The notes beneath the pieces were generated by a model. It made no database searches. It was given only the letters and a program-made list of their open reading frames with translations, and was not told where the DNA came from. A program made the translations under genes and the position numbers. From a virus (lineage: Duplodnaviria; Caudoviricetes), in the IMG/VR virus record IMGVR_UViG_3300020042_001362, positions 1 through 35,436 of that record: a DNA stretch of 35,436 nt; one strand, written 5' to 3'. Below are positions 8,918 to 16,622 of the stretch, in pieces. The number at the start of each line of letters is the position of its first letter. Position 1 is the first letter of the stretch.

Positions 8918-8945
8918 TCGGTAACCTCTAAGAAGGAGAAATCCG

Positions 8946-9254
8946 ATGGCGATGCAGACTGACGTCAAAGTAACTAAGCCTTTGGCTGCCACCGGCATGT
9001 TTAAAACTCAGACTAACGCCGACGTGACCTTCCGCACCCGTGTGAAGGGCATCTATGTTAAAAACGGTGCTTCGGCTGGTTCTGTGGTTGTAGCTTCGGG
9101 TTCGGGCGGTGAAGTCTTGTTCACGTTGGCAACTTCCGCCTCTACTGACACGGGTGACTTTTTTATCCCAGTGCCAGATCAGGGTGTGCTCGCTGAAAAT
9201 GGATTGCATGGTACGCTGACCAACACCGCTTCCATTACCGTTTTCTACGGGTGA
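8946..9254 (+). CDS. Small beta-rich putative virion protein
   Basis: 102 aa, AAGGAG RBS, ends SITVFYG. Confidence 0.8.
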   Translation: MAMQTDVKVTKPLAATGMFKTQTNADVTFRTRVKGIYVKNGASAGSVVVASGSGGEVLFTLATSASTDTGDFFIPVPDQGVLAENGLHGTLTNTASITVFYG

Positions 9255-9257
9255 CCT

Positions 9258-9995
9258 ATGCAGGCGCAAAAGAGTTACGACCTAGCAGGTAAGAGCATCT
9301 TCGTTGCTCTGCCCGCATACGACTTCAAGGTGTCCTTGAAGCTGGCGGTTTCGCTCGCTCGCTTTGCGCAGCAGGCTGCGCAGCACGGGGTTGATATTCA
9401 GATTGGCAGCATTTGTGGCTGTTCTGTTGTCTCTCGTGCTCGCAATCTGCTGGCGCAAGACCTGCTGGAGTCCAACTGCGACTACCTCATGTTTATCGAC
9501 TCGGACATCAATTTCGAGCCTGAAGACATCTTCCGCCTTATGGCGTGGAGCACCGACCCCAAGAAGGGCATCATCGCTGGTGTCCCGCGCACCCGCAGCG
9601 AAACCAAGACTTACATCGCCACGCTAGACTATGACGAGAACGGCGAACTCACGATGAACGGTATGGGCCTTGTCCGTGCCAAGCGTGTGGCGACTGCCTT
9701 CATGTTGGTGCGCCGTGAGGTCTTTGAGCAGATGGCAGCAGCCCATCCGGAGTGGAGATATTATGATACTCGCTCGGATCGTACGCTCACTGCGATGTTT
9801 GATTTCCAAGTTACGGAAGAAGGTTACATGGGGGAAGACTTCCTCTTCTGTGACCGTGCACGTGAACTCGGTTTCGACGTCTGGATCGACCCGGCAATCT
9901 CGCTAGGCCACATGGGCGTGCAGGAATACACCGGCAACTACGGTAAGGATATCCTTTACCCGATGGTTGTCCCTCCGCAGAGGAACGTAGCGTAA
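9258..9995 (+). CDS. Glycosyltransferase (GT-A fold, GT2-like)
   Basis: IFVALPAY start, VSRARN, DxD motif in YLMFIDSDINF, GEDFLFC, and WIDPAISLGHMG. Confidence 0.85.
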   Translation: MQAQKSYDLAGKSIFVALPAYDFKVSLKLAVSLARFAQQAAQHGVDIQIGSICGCSVVSRARNLLAQDLLESNCDYLMFIDSDINFEPEDIFRLMAWSTDPKKGIIAGVPRTRSETKTYIATLDYDENGELTMNGMGLVRAKRVATAFMLVRREVFEQMAAAHPEWRYYDTRSDRTLTAMFDFQVTEEGYMGEDFLFCDRARELGFDVWIDPAISLGHMGVQEYTGNYGKDILYPMVVPPQRNVA

Positions 9996-10324
9996 TGAGC
10001 ATTCTAAGAAAACTTGGGAAAAGCGGTATGTTTGGCTTAGCTGGACTCGCAGCCACCAACAAAGGTGCAGTCAACAAAATCGCCGGTAGCGGCGGTTTGG
10101 GTGCCATAGGTATGCTGCTCGCCAAGAAAAAACGCGCACAAGAACAAGCTGCTGGCGCTATGCCCGGTCGTCCAATGGTGAGAGAGCCAATGGTAGCTGC
10201 CGATTCCGCAGAACCAATGATGCGTAAGGGCGGTATGGTCAAGAAGATGGCCAAGGGCGACACCGCCTCCAAGCGCGCCGACGGCTGCGTCACCAAGGGT
10301 AAGACGAAAGGACGGTTTATATGA
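9995..10324 (+). CDS. Basic small protein with xxKGG and RADG..KG motifs
   Basis: 109 aa Lys/Gly/Met-rich; TAATG coupling to the glycosyltransferase gene. Confidence 0.8.
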   Translation: MSILRKLGKSGMFGLAGLAATNKGAVNKIAGSGGLGAIGMLLAKKKRAQEQAAGAMPGRPMVREPMVAADSAEPMMRKGGMVKKMAKGDTASKRADGCVTKGKTKGRFI

Positions 10325-11679
10325 TGCATAAGCGCAAGTTTGGTGCTGGTGGTCCAGCGAAGCGGCCCACGCCAACTCCGGCTGATCGCGCCGCTGCTAG
10401 GGCGCAGGATGAGATGCTGAAGAAGGCAAAGGTCACGAAGAGTGAAGCCGCGACCATCGCCAGCGCCAATCGCTCTGAAGGCGGCACTCATAAGAAGGGC
10501 GGTATGATTAAGAGACGCTACGCTGATGGCGGTATGGCCGGTGCGGCGATTGATCTCGAAGCCGCTGCCCGTCGCGGTGAGAACCTGCGCGAGCTGGACC
10601 GGATGAACTTGTCAGTTCCCAAGATTGCGGCTGCTAAGCCCAAGCCTAAGCCTAAGCCTGCGGCAGCTAAACCGGCTACCTCGGGTATGTCGGACGCTGA
10701 AATCCGTAAGTTTATGAGCGACAACGACAGGGGTGCAGACGCCTCGGCTAGGAACAAAGTAACTAAACCTGCTGCGCGTCAGGAGCCTCGCGTTGGCCTT
10801 CACAATTTAAAAAACGTGCTTGGCTCTACTCGCAAGTTTGGCGAGTCGATAGGTTTTCGCAACACCCCTCGCCCCGAAGCAGATAAACCGGCAGCTAAGC
10901 CTGCTGCGCGTCAAGAACCACGCGTTGGTCTTCAAAACATAGGAAATCCGTTTGCGTCTATGCGCAAGTTTGGCGAGTCGATAGGTTTTCGCAACACTCC
11001 TCGCCCCGAAGCAGCTAAACCGGCAGCAACTAAACCGGCAGCAGCTAAACCGGCAGCAGCTAAACCGGCAGCAGCTAAACCTGCTGCGCGCTCGGGTATG
11101 TCGGACGCGCAAATTCGTAAGTTTATGAGCGACAACGACAGAGCCGCAGATCGCAGTCTGGCAGCTAAGCCTGCTACTCGTGGTATGTCAGACGCGCAAA
11201 TTCGTAAGTTTATGAGCGACAACGACCGAGCTGCAAATCGCAGTCTCGACGACACGAAAATTCGCAAGTTTATGAGTGATAACGACAGGGCCGCAGATCG
11301 CAGTCTGGCTGCTACGAAAGCCAAGAAAGAAGCTAAAATGGCTTCTGATATTGGCAAGGCGACCACAGCCAGCCTTTCCGCCGCTGCTAGCCGCGCTATT
11401 CCCCGGACACCGGGTATGCCGATGAGGAGCGGAGCTGGCAAACCTGCTACCTCGGGTATGTCGGACGCCGAAATCCGTAAGTTTATGCGTGATAACGAGC
11501 GGGGCTACGAAGAGACTGCGGCGCGTAAGACGCCAAACCCCATCAGCCGAACGGCTAAGGCTACAGGTACCGCTGCAAAGCCCCGTCTTGTAGAGCCGAA
11601 GTACGCCAAGGGCGGTTTCGTCTCCAAGCGCGCTGATGGCATTGCCAAGAAGGGTCACACCAAAGGGAGAATCTGCTAA
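10321..11679 (+). CDS. Very basic Ala/Lys/Pro-rich repeat protein (H1/AlgP-like composition), possible internal head protein
   Basis: 452 aa with KPAAA runs, 5 copies of [MSDA]xIRKFMxDNxR, and YADGG/YAKGG motifs. Confidence 0.8.
   Translation: MMHKRKFGAGGPAKRPTPTPADRAAARAQDEMLKKAKVTKSEAATIASANRSEGGTHKKGGMIKRRYADGGMAGAAIDLEAAARRGENLRELDRMNLSVPKIAAAKPKPKPKPAAAKPATSGMSDAEIRKFMSDNDRGADASARNKVTKPAARQEPRVGLHNLKNVLGSTRKFGESIGFRNTPRPEADKPAAKPAARQEPRVGLQNIGNPFASMRKFGESIGFRNTPRPEAAKPAATKPAAAKPAAAKPAAAKPAARSGMSDAQIRKFMSDNDRAADRSLAAKPATRGMSDAQIRKFMSDNDRAANRSLDDTKIRKFMSDNDRAADRSLAATKAKKEAKMASDIGKATTASLSAAASRAIPRTPGMPMRSGAGKPATSGMSDAEIRKFMRDNERGYEETAARKTPNPISRTAKATGTAAKPRLVEPKYAKGGFVSKRADGIAKKGHTKGRIC
10663..11502 (+). 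repeat. Nested intragenic direct repeats
   Basis: ATGTCGGACGC..AAATCCGTAAGTTTATGAGCGACAACGAC-like unit at about 10687, 11098, 11185, 11248 (partial) and 11458; a 132-nt duplication at 10765/10897; 15-bp GCAGCTAAACCGGCA tandem copies around 11011-11085. Confidence 0.92.
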
Positions 11680-11933
11680 TGGCTAAGACCCCGGCTTGGC
11701 AGCGTAAGGAAGGCAAGTCCGAAAAGGGCGGGCTGAACGCCAAGGGGCGTGCATCTTACAACAAAGCCAATCCGGGGAAGCCGGGGCTCAAGGCCCCGCA
11801 GCCTGAAGGTGGTAGCCGCAAGAAGTCCTTCTGTGCCCGGATGTCCGGAATGAAGAAAAAGCTGACGTCATCCAAGACTGCTAACGACCCCAATAGCCGT
11901 ATCAACAAATCTCTTCGCGCGTGGAAGTGCTGA
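11679..11933 (+). CDS. Small basic phage protein (DUF6321-like)
   Basis: 84 aa, GGLNAKGRASYN and RKKSFCARMSG motifs, ends LRAWKC; family name recalled, not searched. Confidence 0.8.
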   Translation: MAKTPAWQRKEGKSEKGGLNAKGRASYNKANPGKPGLKAPQPEGGSRKKSFCARMSGMKKKLTSSKTANDPNSRINKSLRAWKC

Positions 11934-11934
11934 T

Positions 11935-12099
11935 ATGACTGACGAATCGAAGACCCTACTGGACGCGGTCTCTATGGTTACCGTTGTTGGGACTATAATG
12001 GACATGCTTCCGGCTGTTGCCGCCATTTTCACCATCATCTGGACTGGCATTCGTATCTATGAGACCGATACGGTGCAAAAATTTCTCGGGAAGGACTGA
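11935..12099 (+). CDS. Small membrane protein (holin-like), below the ORF-track cutoff
   Basis: MTDESKTLLDAVSMVTVVGTIMDMLPAVAAIFTIIWTGIRIYETDTVQKFLGKD, 54 aa; fills the gap with 1-nt spacers on each side. Confidence 0.78.
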   Translation: MTDESKTLLDAVSMVTVVGTIMDMLPAVAAIFTIIWTGIRIYETDTVQKFLGKD

Positions 12100-12100
12100 C

Positions 12101-12355
12101 ATGCCTAGCAAGACCCCCAAGCAGAAGAGCTTCATGGCGGCGGTAGCCAACAACCCCAAGTTCGCCAAGAAGGTGGGCGTTTCCTCTAAGGTAGGTAAGG
12201 AGTTCGAGATGAAGGACAAGAAGATGGGCATGAAGAAGATGGCCGATAAGGCCGGTCGTGCCATGACCAAGAAGTCGCCTGACACGATGGGCCGTGCCAT
12301 GACCAAGGCTAAGATGCCGAAGATGGCCATGGGCGGAAAGATGAAGGGCTGCTGA
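12101..12355 (+). CDS. Small Lys/Met-rich basic protein
   Basis: 84 aa from ATG 12101 (MPSKTPKQKSFMAAVANNPKFAKKVG), ends MAMGGKMKGC; this start fits better than the track's 12017. Confidence 0.8.
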   Translation: MPSKTPKQKSFMAAVANNPKFAKKVGVSSKVGKEFEMKDKKMGMKKMADKAGRAMTKKSPDTMGRAMTKAKMPKMAMGGKMKGC

Positions 12356-12356
12356 T

Positions 12357-12635
12357 ATGCGACCTTGTCGGGGTATGGGCGCTATGATGGCGTCTAAGAT
12401 GCCAAAGGCGAAGACTATTCGTCGGAAGGATAACCCCGACAAGGTCACCATGTACGCCAAGGGCGGCAAGGTTAAGGCAAAGCGCATGGCTGAAGGCGGT
12501 AGCGCCAAGGATGAGTGCTACTCCAAGGTCAAGGCGCGCTACAAAGTCTTCCCTTCGGCCTACGCCTCCGGTGCTATCTCTAAGTGCCGCAAGGTCGGTG
12601 CCAAGAACTGGGGTAACAAAGGTGGCAGTTCGTAA
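12357..12635 (+). CDS. Small basic protein with YAKGG/MAEGG motifs
   Basis: 92 aa containing DECYSKVKARYKVFPSAYASGAISKCRK. Confidence 0.8.
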   Translation: MRPCRGMGAMMASKMPKAKTIRRKDNPDKVTMYAKGGKVKAKRMAEGGSAKDECYSKVKARYKVFPSAYASGAISKCRKVGAKNWGNKGGSS

Positions 12636-12894
12636 AACCGAGAAAGGCGCGTCGCTTAAGCGCTGGTTCCAAGAAGACTGGAAGGACGTCCGTACGGGTA
12701 AAGCCTGCGGGCGTCAGCCCGGTGAGAAGCGCGGCACACCCTACTGTAGACCCAGTAAGCGTGTTTCTGATAAGACCCCCAAGACGTCGTCGGAGATGAC
12801 TCCGGCGGAAAAGAAGACGCGTATCGCGCAGAAGAAACGGTTGGGGCAGCCTCCCGGTGCGCCTAAGCGCGTGGAAGCGGCGCGGAGGAAGTAA
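12622..12894 (+). CDS. Small basic protein (DUF5872-like)
   Basis: GTG start at 12622 gives MAVRKTEKGASLKRWFQEDWKDV..CGR..PYCRPSKR; its stop abuts the next ATG. Family name recalled, not searched. Confidence 0.75.
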   Translation: MAVRKTEKGASLKRWFQEDWKDVRTGKACGRQPGEKRGTPYCRPSKRVSDKTPKTSSEMTPAEKKTRIAQKKRLGQPPGAPKRVEAARRK

Positions 12895-13602
12895 ATGACG
12901 ACATCCAGTACCACAGCGTTTAATCTTGATGTTAACCTCCTCATTGAGGAGGCTTTTGAGCGTTGTGGTGCTGAACTGCGTACGGGTTATGACTTTCGTA
13001 CGGCGCGGCGCAGCCTGAACCTGCTGACTATTGAGTGGGCAAACAAGGGCATCAACCTCTGGACCATCGAGCAGGGGCAGATCGCTATGGTGCAGGGGCA
13101 GATCGCCTATGACCTGCCGGCAGATACCATCGACCTGTTTGACCACGTCATCCGCACTCAGTCGGGGCAGTCGCAGACGGACATCAACATCAACCGCATC
13201 AGCGCCGATACCTACCTTACGATCCCTAACAAGAACGCGCAGGGTCGGCCTATTCAGGTGTGGATCAACCGTCAGTCTGGTGCGCAGAACCCCTCTGGCA
13301 TCCAGTATCCGAGCATCAACGTGTGGCCTGCCCCGGATCAGAACAACTTCTACACGTTCGTGTATTTCCGGCTGCGTCGTATCCAAGACGCGGGTGAAGG
13401 TGTTACCACGCAAGACATCCCGTTCCGCATGTTGCCCGCTATGGTTGCAGGGCTCGCGTACCATCTTTCGCTTAAAATCCCCGGAGCACTCGAGCGCTCC
13501 GTTATGCTCAAGGGTATGTATGACGAAGCTTGGGAGCAGGCCGGAGACGAAGACCGCGAAAAAGCACCGCTGCGTCTCGCGCCGCGTATAATGTTCTACT
13601 GA
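12895..13602 (+). CDS. Head-tail adaptor / tail tubular protein A-like
   Basis: 235 aa with IEEAFERCG, ARRSLNLL..EWAN, GRPIQVW, INVWPAPD and LPAMVAGLAYHL, a pattern typical of podovirus adaptors. Confidence 0.75.
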   Translation: MTTSSTTAFNLDVNLLIEEAFERCGAELRTGYDFRTARRSLNLLTIEWANKGINLWTIEQGQIAMVQGQIAYDLPADTIDLFDHVIRTQSGQSQTDININRISADTYLTIPNKNAQGRPIQVWINRQSGAQNPSGIQYPSINVWPAPDQNNFYTFVYFRLRRIQDAGEGVTTQDIPFRMLPAMVAGLAYHLSLKIPGALERSVMLKGMYDEAWEQAGDEDREKAPLRLAPRIMFY

Positions 13603-13611
13603 GTAGATGTT

Positions 13612-14103
13612 ATGCTCACTCCCCTGCTTTTTATCGTGTGGGTTGCGGGGTTTTTTGACGGTGAAGGCTCTGTTTTCGTTGAGGTAGCTAAGAGCCAAAA
13701 CACCCGGCGTGGGGTACGTAACTCACTAACTGCGTCGATTACTCAGACGTCTATTCCATGCCTTAATCTGATTAAGGAGCAATTTGGCGGTAATATAGCA
13801 GCGATAACCGCGAGCCGCCGACACAACATGAACAACTCTGTATGCTACATATGGCGGGTACGTAGTAAAGATGCGATAGCGTTCCTTGAAACCATAGCTC
13901 CTTATGTGGTAGTGAAGAAGGAGCAAGTAGAGTTAGCGCTCCAGTACCCCCTTACATCGGCAGACGGTAGGAAATATGCGGGTCCCTACAACTCCCTACC
14001 TGACGAGGTTCATAACCGACGCATGGAGATAGGACAAAAACTTAGGGACATCCGGGCGTCGATGAAGACGGCTTCGGTAGTTAGGGAGGATGTAAGTGCC
14101 TAA
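13612..14103 (+). mobile_element. Free-standing single-motif LAGLIDADG homing endonuclease gene
   Basis: WVAGFFDGEGSV motif, then ITQ, LIKEQFGG, WRV and FLETIAPYVVVKKEQ (I-CreI-like layout). Visibly more AT-rich than neighbours; both flanking genes are intact. Confidence 0.9.
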
Positions 14104-14536
14104 TCGCTTCGCCTCTGGTAAGTACGCGATTTCGCAGTGCGACCGCTGTGGCTTTCGCTTCAAGCTGAAAGAACTGAGGTCGCTCGTCATCAAGACGAAG
14201 AACGTCAATATCCTAGTGTGCCGCTCCTGTTGGGAGCCGGATCAGCCGCAGCTTCAACTTGGCATGTACCCGGTGGATGATCCACAGGCTATCCGTAACC
14301 CACGTCCTGATACGACCTTCTGGCAGGCTGGTTTGACGGGTATTCGGACGCAGCCAAACACGCTACCGACCGCAGATGTAGACGCGTTTGGTACTCCTTC
14401 GCAGGGTAGCCGCGTCATCCACTGGGGGTGGGACCCAGTAGGTTTTCAAAACCCCTTGGGTTTGTGGGGTCTTCCTGATACATTAGTAGGCAATGGTCAG
14501 GTCGGTACCGTGACTATTCAGACGACGGAGAATTGA
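14096..14536 (+). CDS. Virion-associated protein with CxxC...CxxC zinc-binding motif
   Basis: GTG start after AGGGAGGA; CDRCG and CRSCWE motifs, DPQAIRNPRPD. Confidence 0.8.
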   Translation: MPNRFASGKYAISQCDRCGFRFKLKELRSLVIKTKNVNILVCRSCWEPDQPQLQLGMYPVDDPQAIRNPRPDTTFWQAGLTGIRTQPNTLPTADVDAFGTPSQGSRVIHWGWDPVGFQNPLGLWGLPDTLVGNGQVGTVTIQTTEN

Positions 14537-14537
14537 C

Positions 14538-14663
14538 ATGGCTAAGGGCGGTAAGACTAACGACCAGATGATGAAGCTCGGGCGTAACCTTGCTAAGGTT
14601 GCAAACCAGAAGAGCGGTAAGAAGCCAATCAAGGATATGGGAAAGGTCGATAAAAATGGCTGA
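14538..14663 (+). CDS. 41-aa basic peptide starting MAKGG (not in ORF track)
   Basis: GGAG RBS upstream; MAKGGKTNDQMMKLGRNLAKVANQKSGKKPIKDMGKVDKNG; fills the gap. Confidence 0.7.
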   Translation: MAKGGKTNDQMMKLGRNLAKVANQKSGKKPIKDMGKVDKNG

Positions 14664-14802
14664 ATATAACCAACCCAAGCCGTCTCACGAGCCTTTGGGC
14701 AACAGCGGCTATCCGAACAATGTGGCTAATACCCAGACCGTGAAGACTCGTGGGACCGGTGCAGCTACTAAGGGCACGAATAGCAGCAAGAAGATGGGCT
14801 AA
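14656..14802 (+). CDS. 48-aa peptide with RGTGAATKG motif
   Basis: ATG 14656 after AAAGGT; TAATG coupling to the next gene. Confidence 0.7.
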   Translation: MAEYNQPKPSHEPLGNSGYPNNVANTQTVKTRGTGAATKGTNSSKKMG

Positions 14803-15464
14803 TGAACTACGCTCAGCTTGTCGAAACAATTAAGGGTTACACCGAAAACGACTTCCCGGACACGGCGGGGTCGGGTGGACTCACTTCGACTGAGCAGATC
14901 GACACGTTTATCATCAATGCCGAAGAGCGTATCTTCAATACGGTCCAGCTTCTAGACCTGCGCAAGAACGTGACGGGCAACTGCACCGCTACCAATAAGT
15001 ATCTCTCGGTCCCTTCAGACTGGCTTTCTACCTTCTCGATGGCGGTGATTGACCCCAACACGGGGTCTTACGAGTTTCTTTTAAACAAGGACGTCAGCTT
15101 CATCCGCTCCGCGTTCCCCAACCCCAACGTGACTGGGCCGCCGTCGTACTACGCCTATTTTGACGCAGACTCTTTCATCCTCGGGCCCACCCCCGATCAA
15201 AACTATAGCATAGAACTCCACTACTTCTACTACCCGCCGTCTATCGTGACTGCGGGTACGTCGTGGCTTGGGGACAACTTTGAGAGCGCGCTCCTTTACG
15301 GCGCGCTGCTAGAAGCGTATACGTTCATGAAGGGTGAAGCTGATGTGATCGCCGGATACCAAAGACGGTACGACGAAGCATTGGCCATGCTCAAGCAACT
15401 TGGCGAAGGGAAGAATCGCCAAGACATGTATCGCAGTCAACAAGTGCGGTACCCGGTGAGGTGA
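14802..15464 (+). CDS. Second adaptor/connector-like virion protein
   Basis: 220 aa with IDTFIINAEERI, GPPSYYA, FILGPTPDQNYSIELHY and LLYGALLEAY. Confidence 0.72.
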   Translation: MNYAQLVETIKGYTENDFPDTAGSGGLTSTEQIDTFIINAEERIFNTVQLLDLRKNVTGNCTATNKYLSVPSDWLSTFSMAVIDPNTGSYEFLLNKDVSFIRSAFPNPNVTGPPSYYAYFDADSFILGPTPDQNYSIELHYFYYPPSIVTAGTSWLGDNFESALLYGALLEAYTFMKGEADVIAGYQRRYDEALAMLKQLGEGKNRQDMYRSQQVRYPVR

Positions 15465-15465
15465 T

Positions 15466-15753
15466 ATGATTGATTCCGTAGGAACAATGCTGGGCGGCGA
15501 CGTGATGGTGATGACCACGCAAGGTCGTGGCTTCACGCCCGAAGAGATTGCTGAACGTGCTCTCGACAAGATCATCTATGTTGGGGGCAACACACATCCG
15601 GCTATCAGGGACCAAGCGGAGGCGTTCAAAGACTCCATCCGTCAAGTGCTCGTCCATTACCTGCACGAGGCTGTCCGGTCCCATAACGTGACTCTGGTGA
15701 ACAAATTTCACAAGGCCGGGCACTCAGAGTTCATCCCCATCTTAGACAGTTAA
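15466..15753 (+). CDS. Hypothetical protein
   Basis: 95 aa, GAGGTG RBS, RGFTPEEIAERALDKII motif. Confidence 0.8.
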   Translation: MIDSVGTMLGGDVMVMTTQGRGFTPEEIAERALDKIIYVGGNTHPAIRDQAEAFKDSIRQVLVHYLHEAVRSHNVTLVNKFHKAGHSEFIPILDS

Positions 15754-15764
15754 GGAGACCTACA

Positions 15765-16253
15765 TTGGCTATCACGCAGGCAATGTGCACCAGCTTCAAG
15801 GCTCAGCTTATGCTGGCTGTGCACGACTTCCGCCCCACGGGCGACACTGGCGCGGACACGTTCAAGCTGGCGCTGTACTCGTCTACCGCTTCGCTTGATG
15901 CAAACACCACGGCGTATACCTCGTCAAACGAAGTTTCGTCGTCGGGCACCAACTACACCGCTGGCGGCGGCTCGCTGACCAACCTCGGTGCAACGGCAGT
16001 CAACACGAACACGGAAACGGGTACGGGCTTTGTTGACTTCGGTGACCTTACCTTCTCTAACGCGACCATCACGGCTCGTGGCGCTTTGATCTATAACACC
16101 ACGCCTTCGGCTAACTCGAACGCCAACACGGCGCTTACGAACGCCTCGGTCTGCGTGTTGGATTTTGGTTCAGACAAGACGGCAACGGCGGGTGACTTCA
16201 CTATCATCTTCCCAACCGCCACTAACACCACGGCCATCATCCGGATTGCTTGA
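15765..16253 (+). CDS. Virion structural/fibre subunit protein
   Basis: 162 aa, TTG start after TAAGGAG; FKLALY, NEV..G.NYTAGG, ARGALIY and VLDFGSDK motifs. Confidence 0.78.
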   Translation: MAITQAMCTSFKAQLMLAVHDFRPTGDTGADTFKLALYSSTASLDANTTAYTSSNEVSSSGTNYTAGGGSLTNLGATAVNTNTETGTGFVDFGDLTFSNATITARGALIYNTTPSANSNANTALTNASVCVLDFGSDKTATAGDFTIIFPTATNTTAIIRIA

Positions 16254-16615
16254 TGATCGAAGAACTTATTAGCCGAGTGTTTTACGCTCGCAACGTGGCG
16301 CATTTCGAACACTGGACCGCTAATGGGGTCGGTGCGTTTTCGCGGCATGAAGCACTCGGCAAGTTCTACGATGAGGTGATCGACGCCATCGACAAGCTCG
16401 TCGAGGCGTATCAGGGTGCGTTCGAACTGATTGGGTCTATTAAAGCACCCAAGACCAAGGCGGATGACATCCTGCTTATTTTGATCGAAGACGCTGAGTG
16501 GATCGAGAAAAACCACGAGGCTATCTGCAAGGGCAACCGGGCGGTAGCCAACCTCATTGATGGGGTGACGGAAGTTTATCTCACGACGATCTACAAGCTC
16601 CGAAACCTGATGTGA
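16250..16615 (+). CDS. Ferritin/Dps-like four-helix protein (DUF5856-like)
   Basis: HFEHW...HEALGKFYDEVIDAIDKLVEAYQG resembles the Dps/ferritin ferroxidase helix pattern. Confidence 0.7.
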   Translation: MMIEELISRVFYARNVAHFEHWTANGVGAFSRHEALGKFYDEVIDAIDKLVEAYQGAFELIGSIKAPKTKADDILLILIEDAEWIEKNHEAICKGNRAVANLIDGVTEVYLTTIYKLRNLM

Positions 16616-16622
16616 GGTAGCA

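Noticed and set aside
10663-11502. Repeats with intervening sequence resembling a CRISPR array or DGR template/variable pair
   Set aside because: Repeats are in-frame coding units with synonymous changes and irregular spacing; no cas or reverse transcriptase gene in the window and no adenine-specific mismatch pattern noticed.
12017-12100. ORF-track upstream starts at 12017 (also 12511, 14590, 20869, 20996)
   Set aside because: They overlap other credible genes; downstream starts at 12101, 12622, 14656, 20968 and 21134 fit gene packing and RBS positions better.
12580-13698. 372-aa minus-strand ORF
   Set aside because: Antisense shadow across several well-supported + strand genes, with no recognisable motifs.
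13603-14103. Group I intron or intein hosting the LAGLIDADG ORF
   Set aside because: Both flanking genes are complete, only 9 nt are non-coding, and there are no intein terminal motifs.
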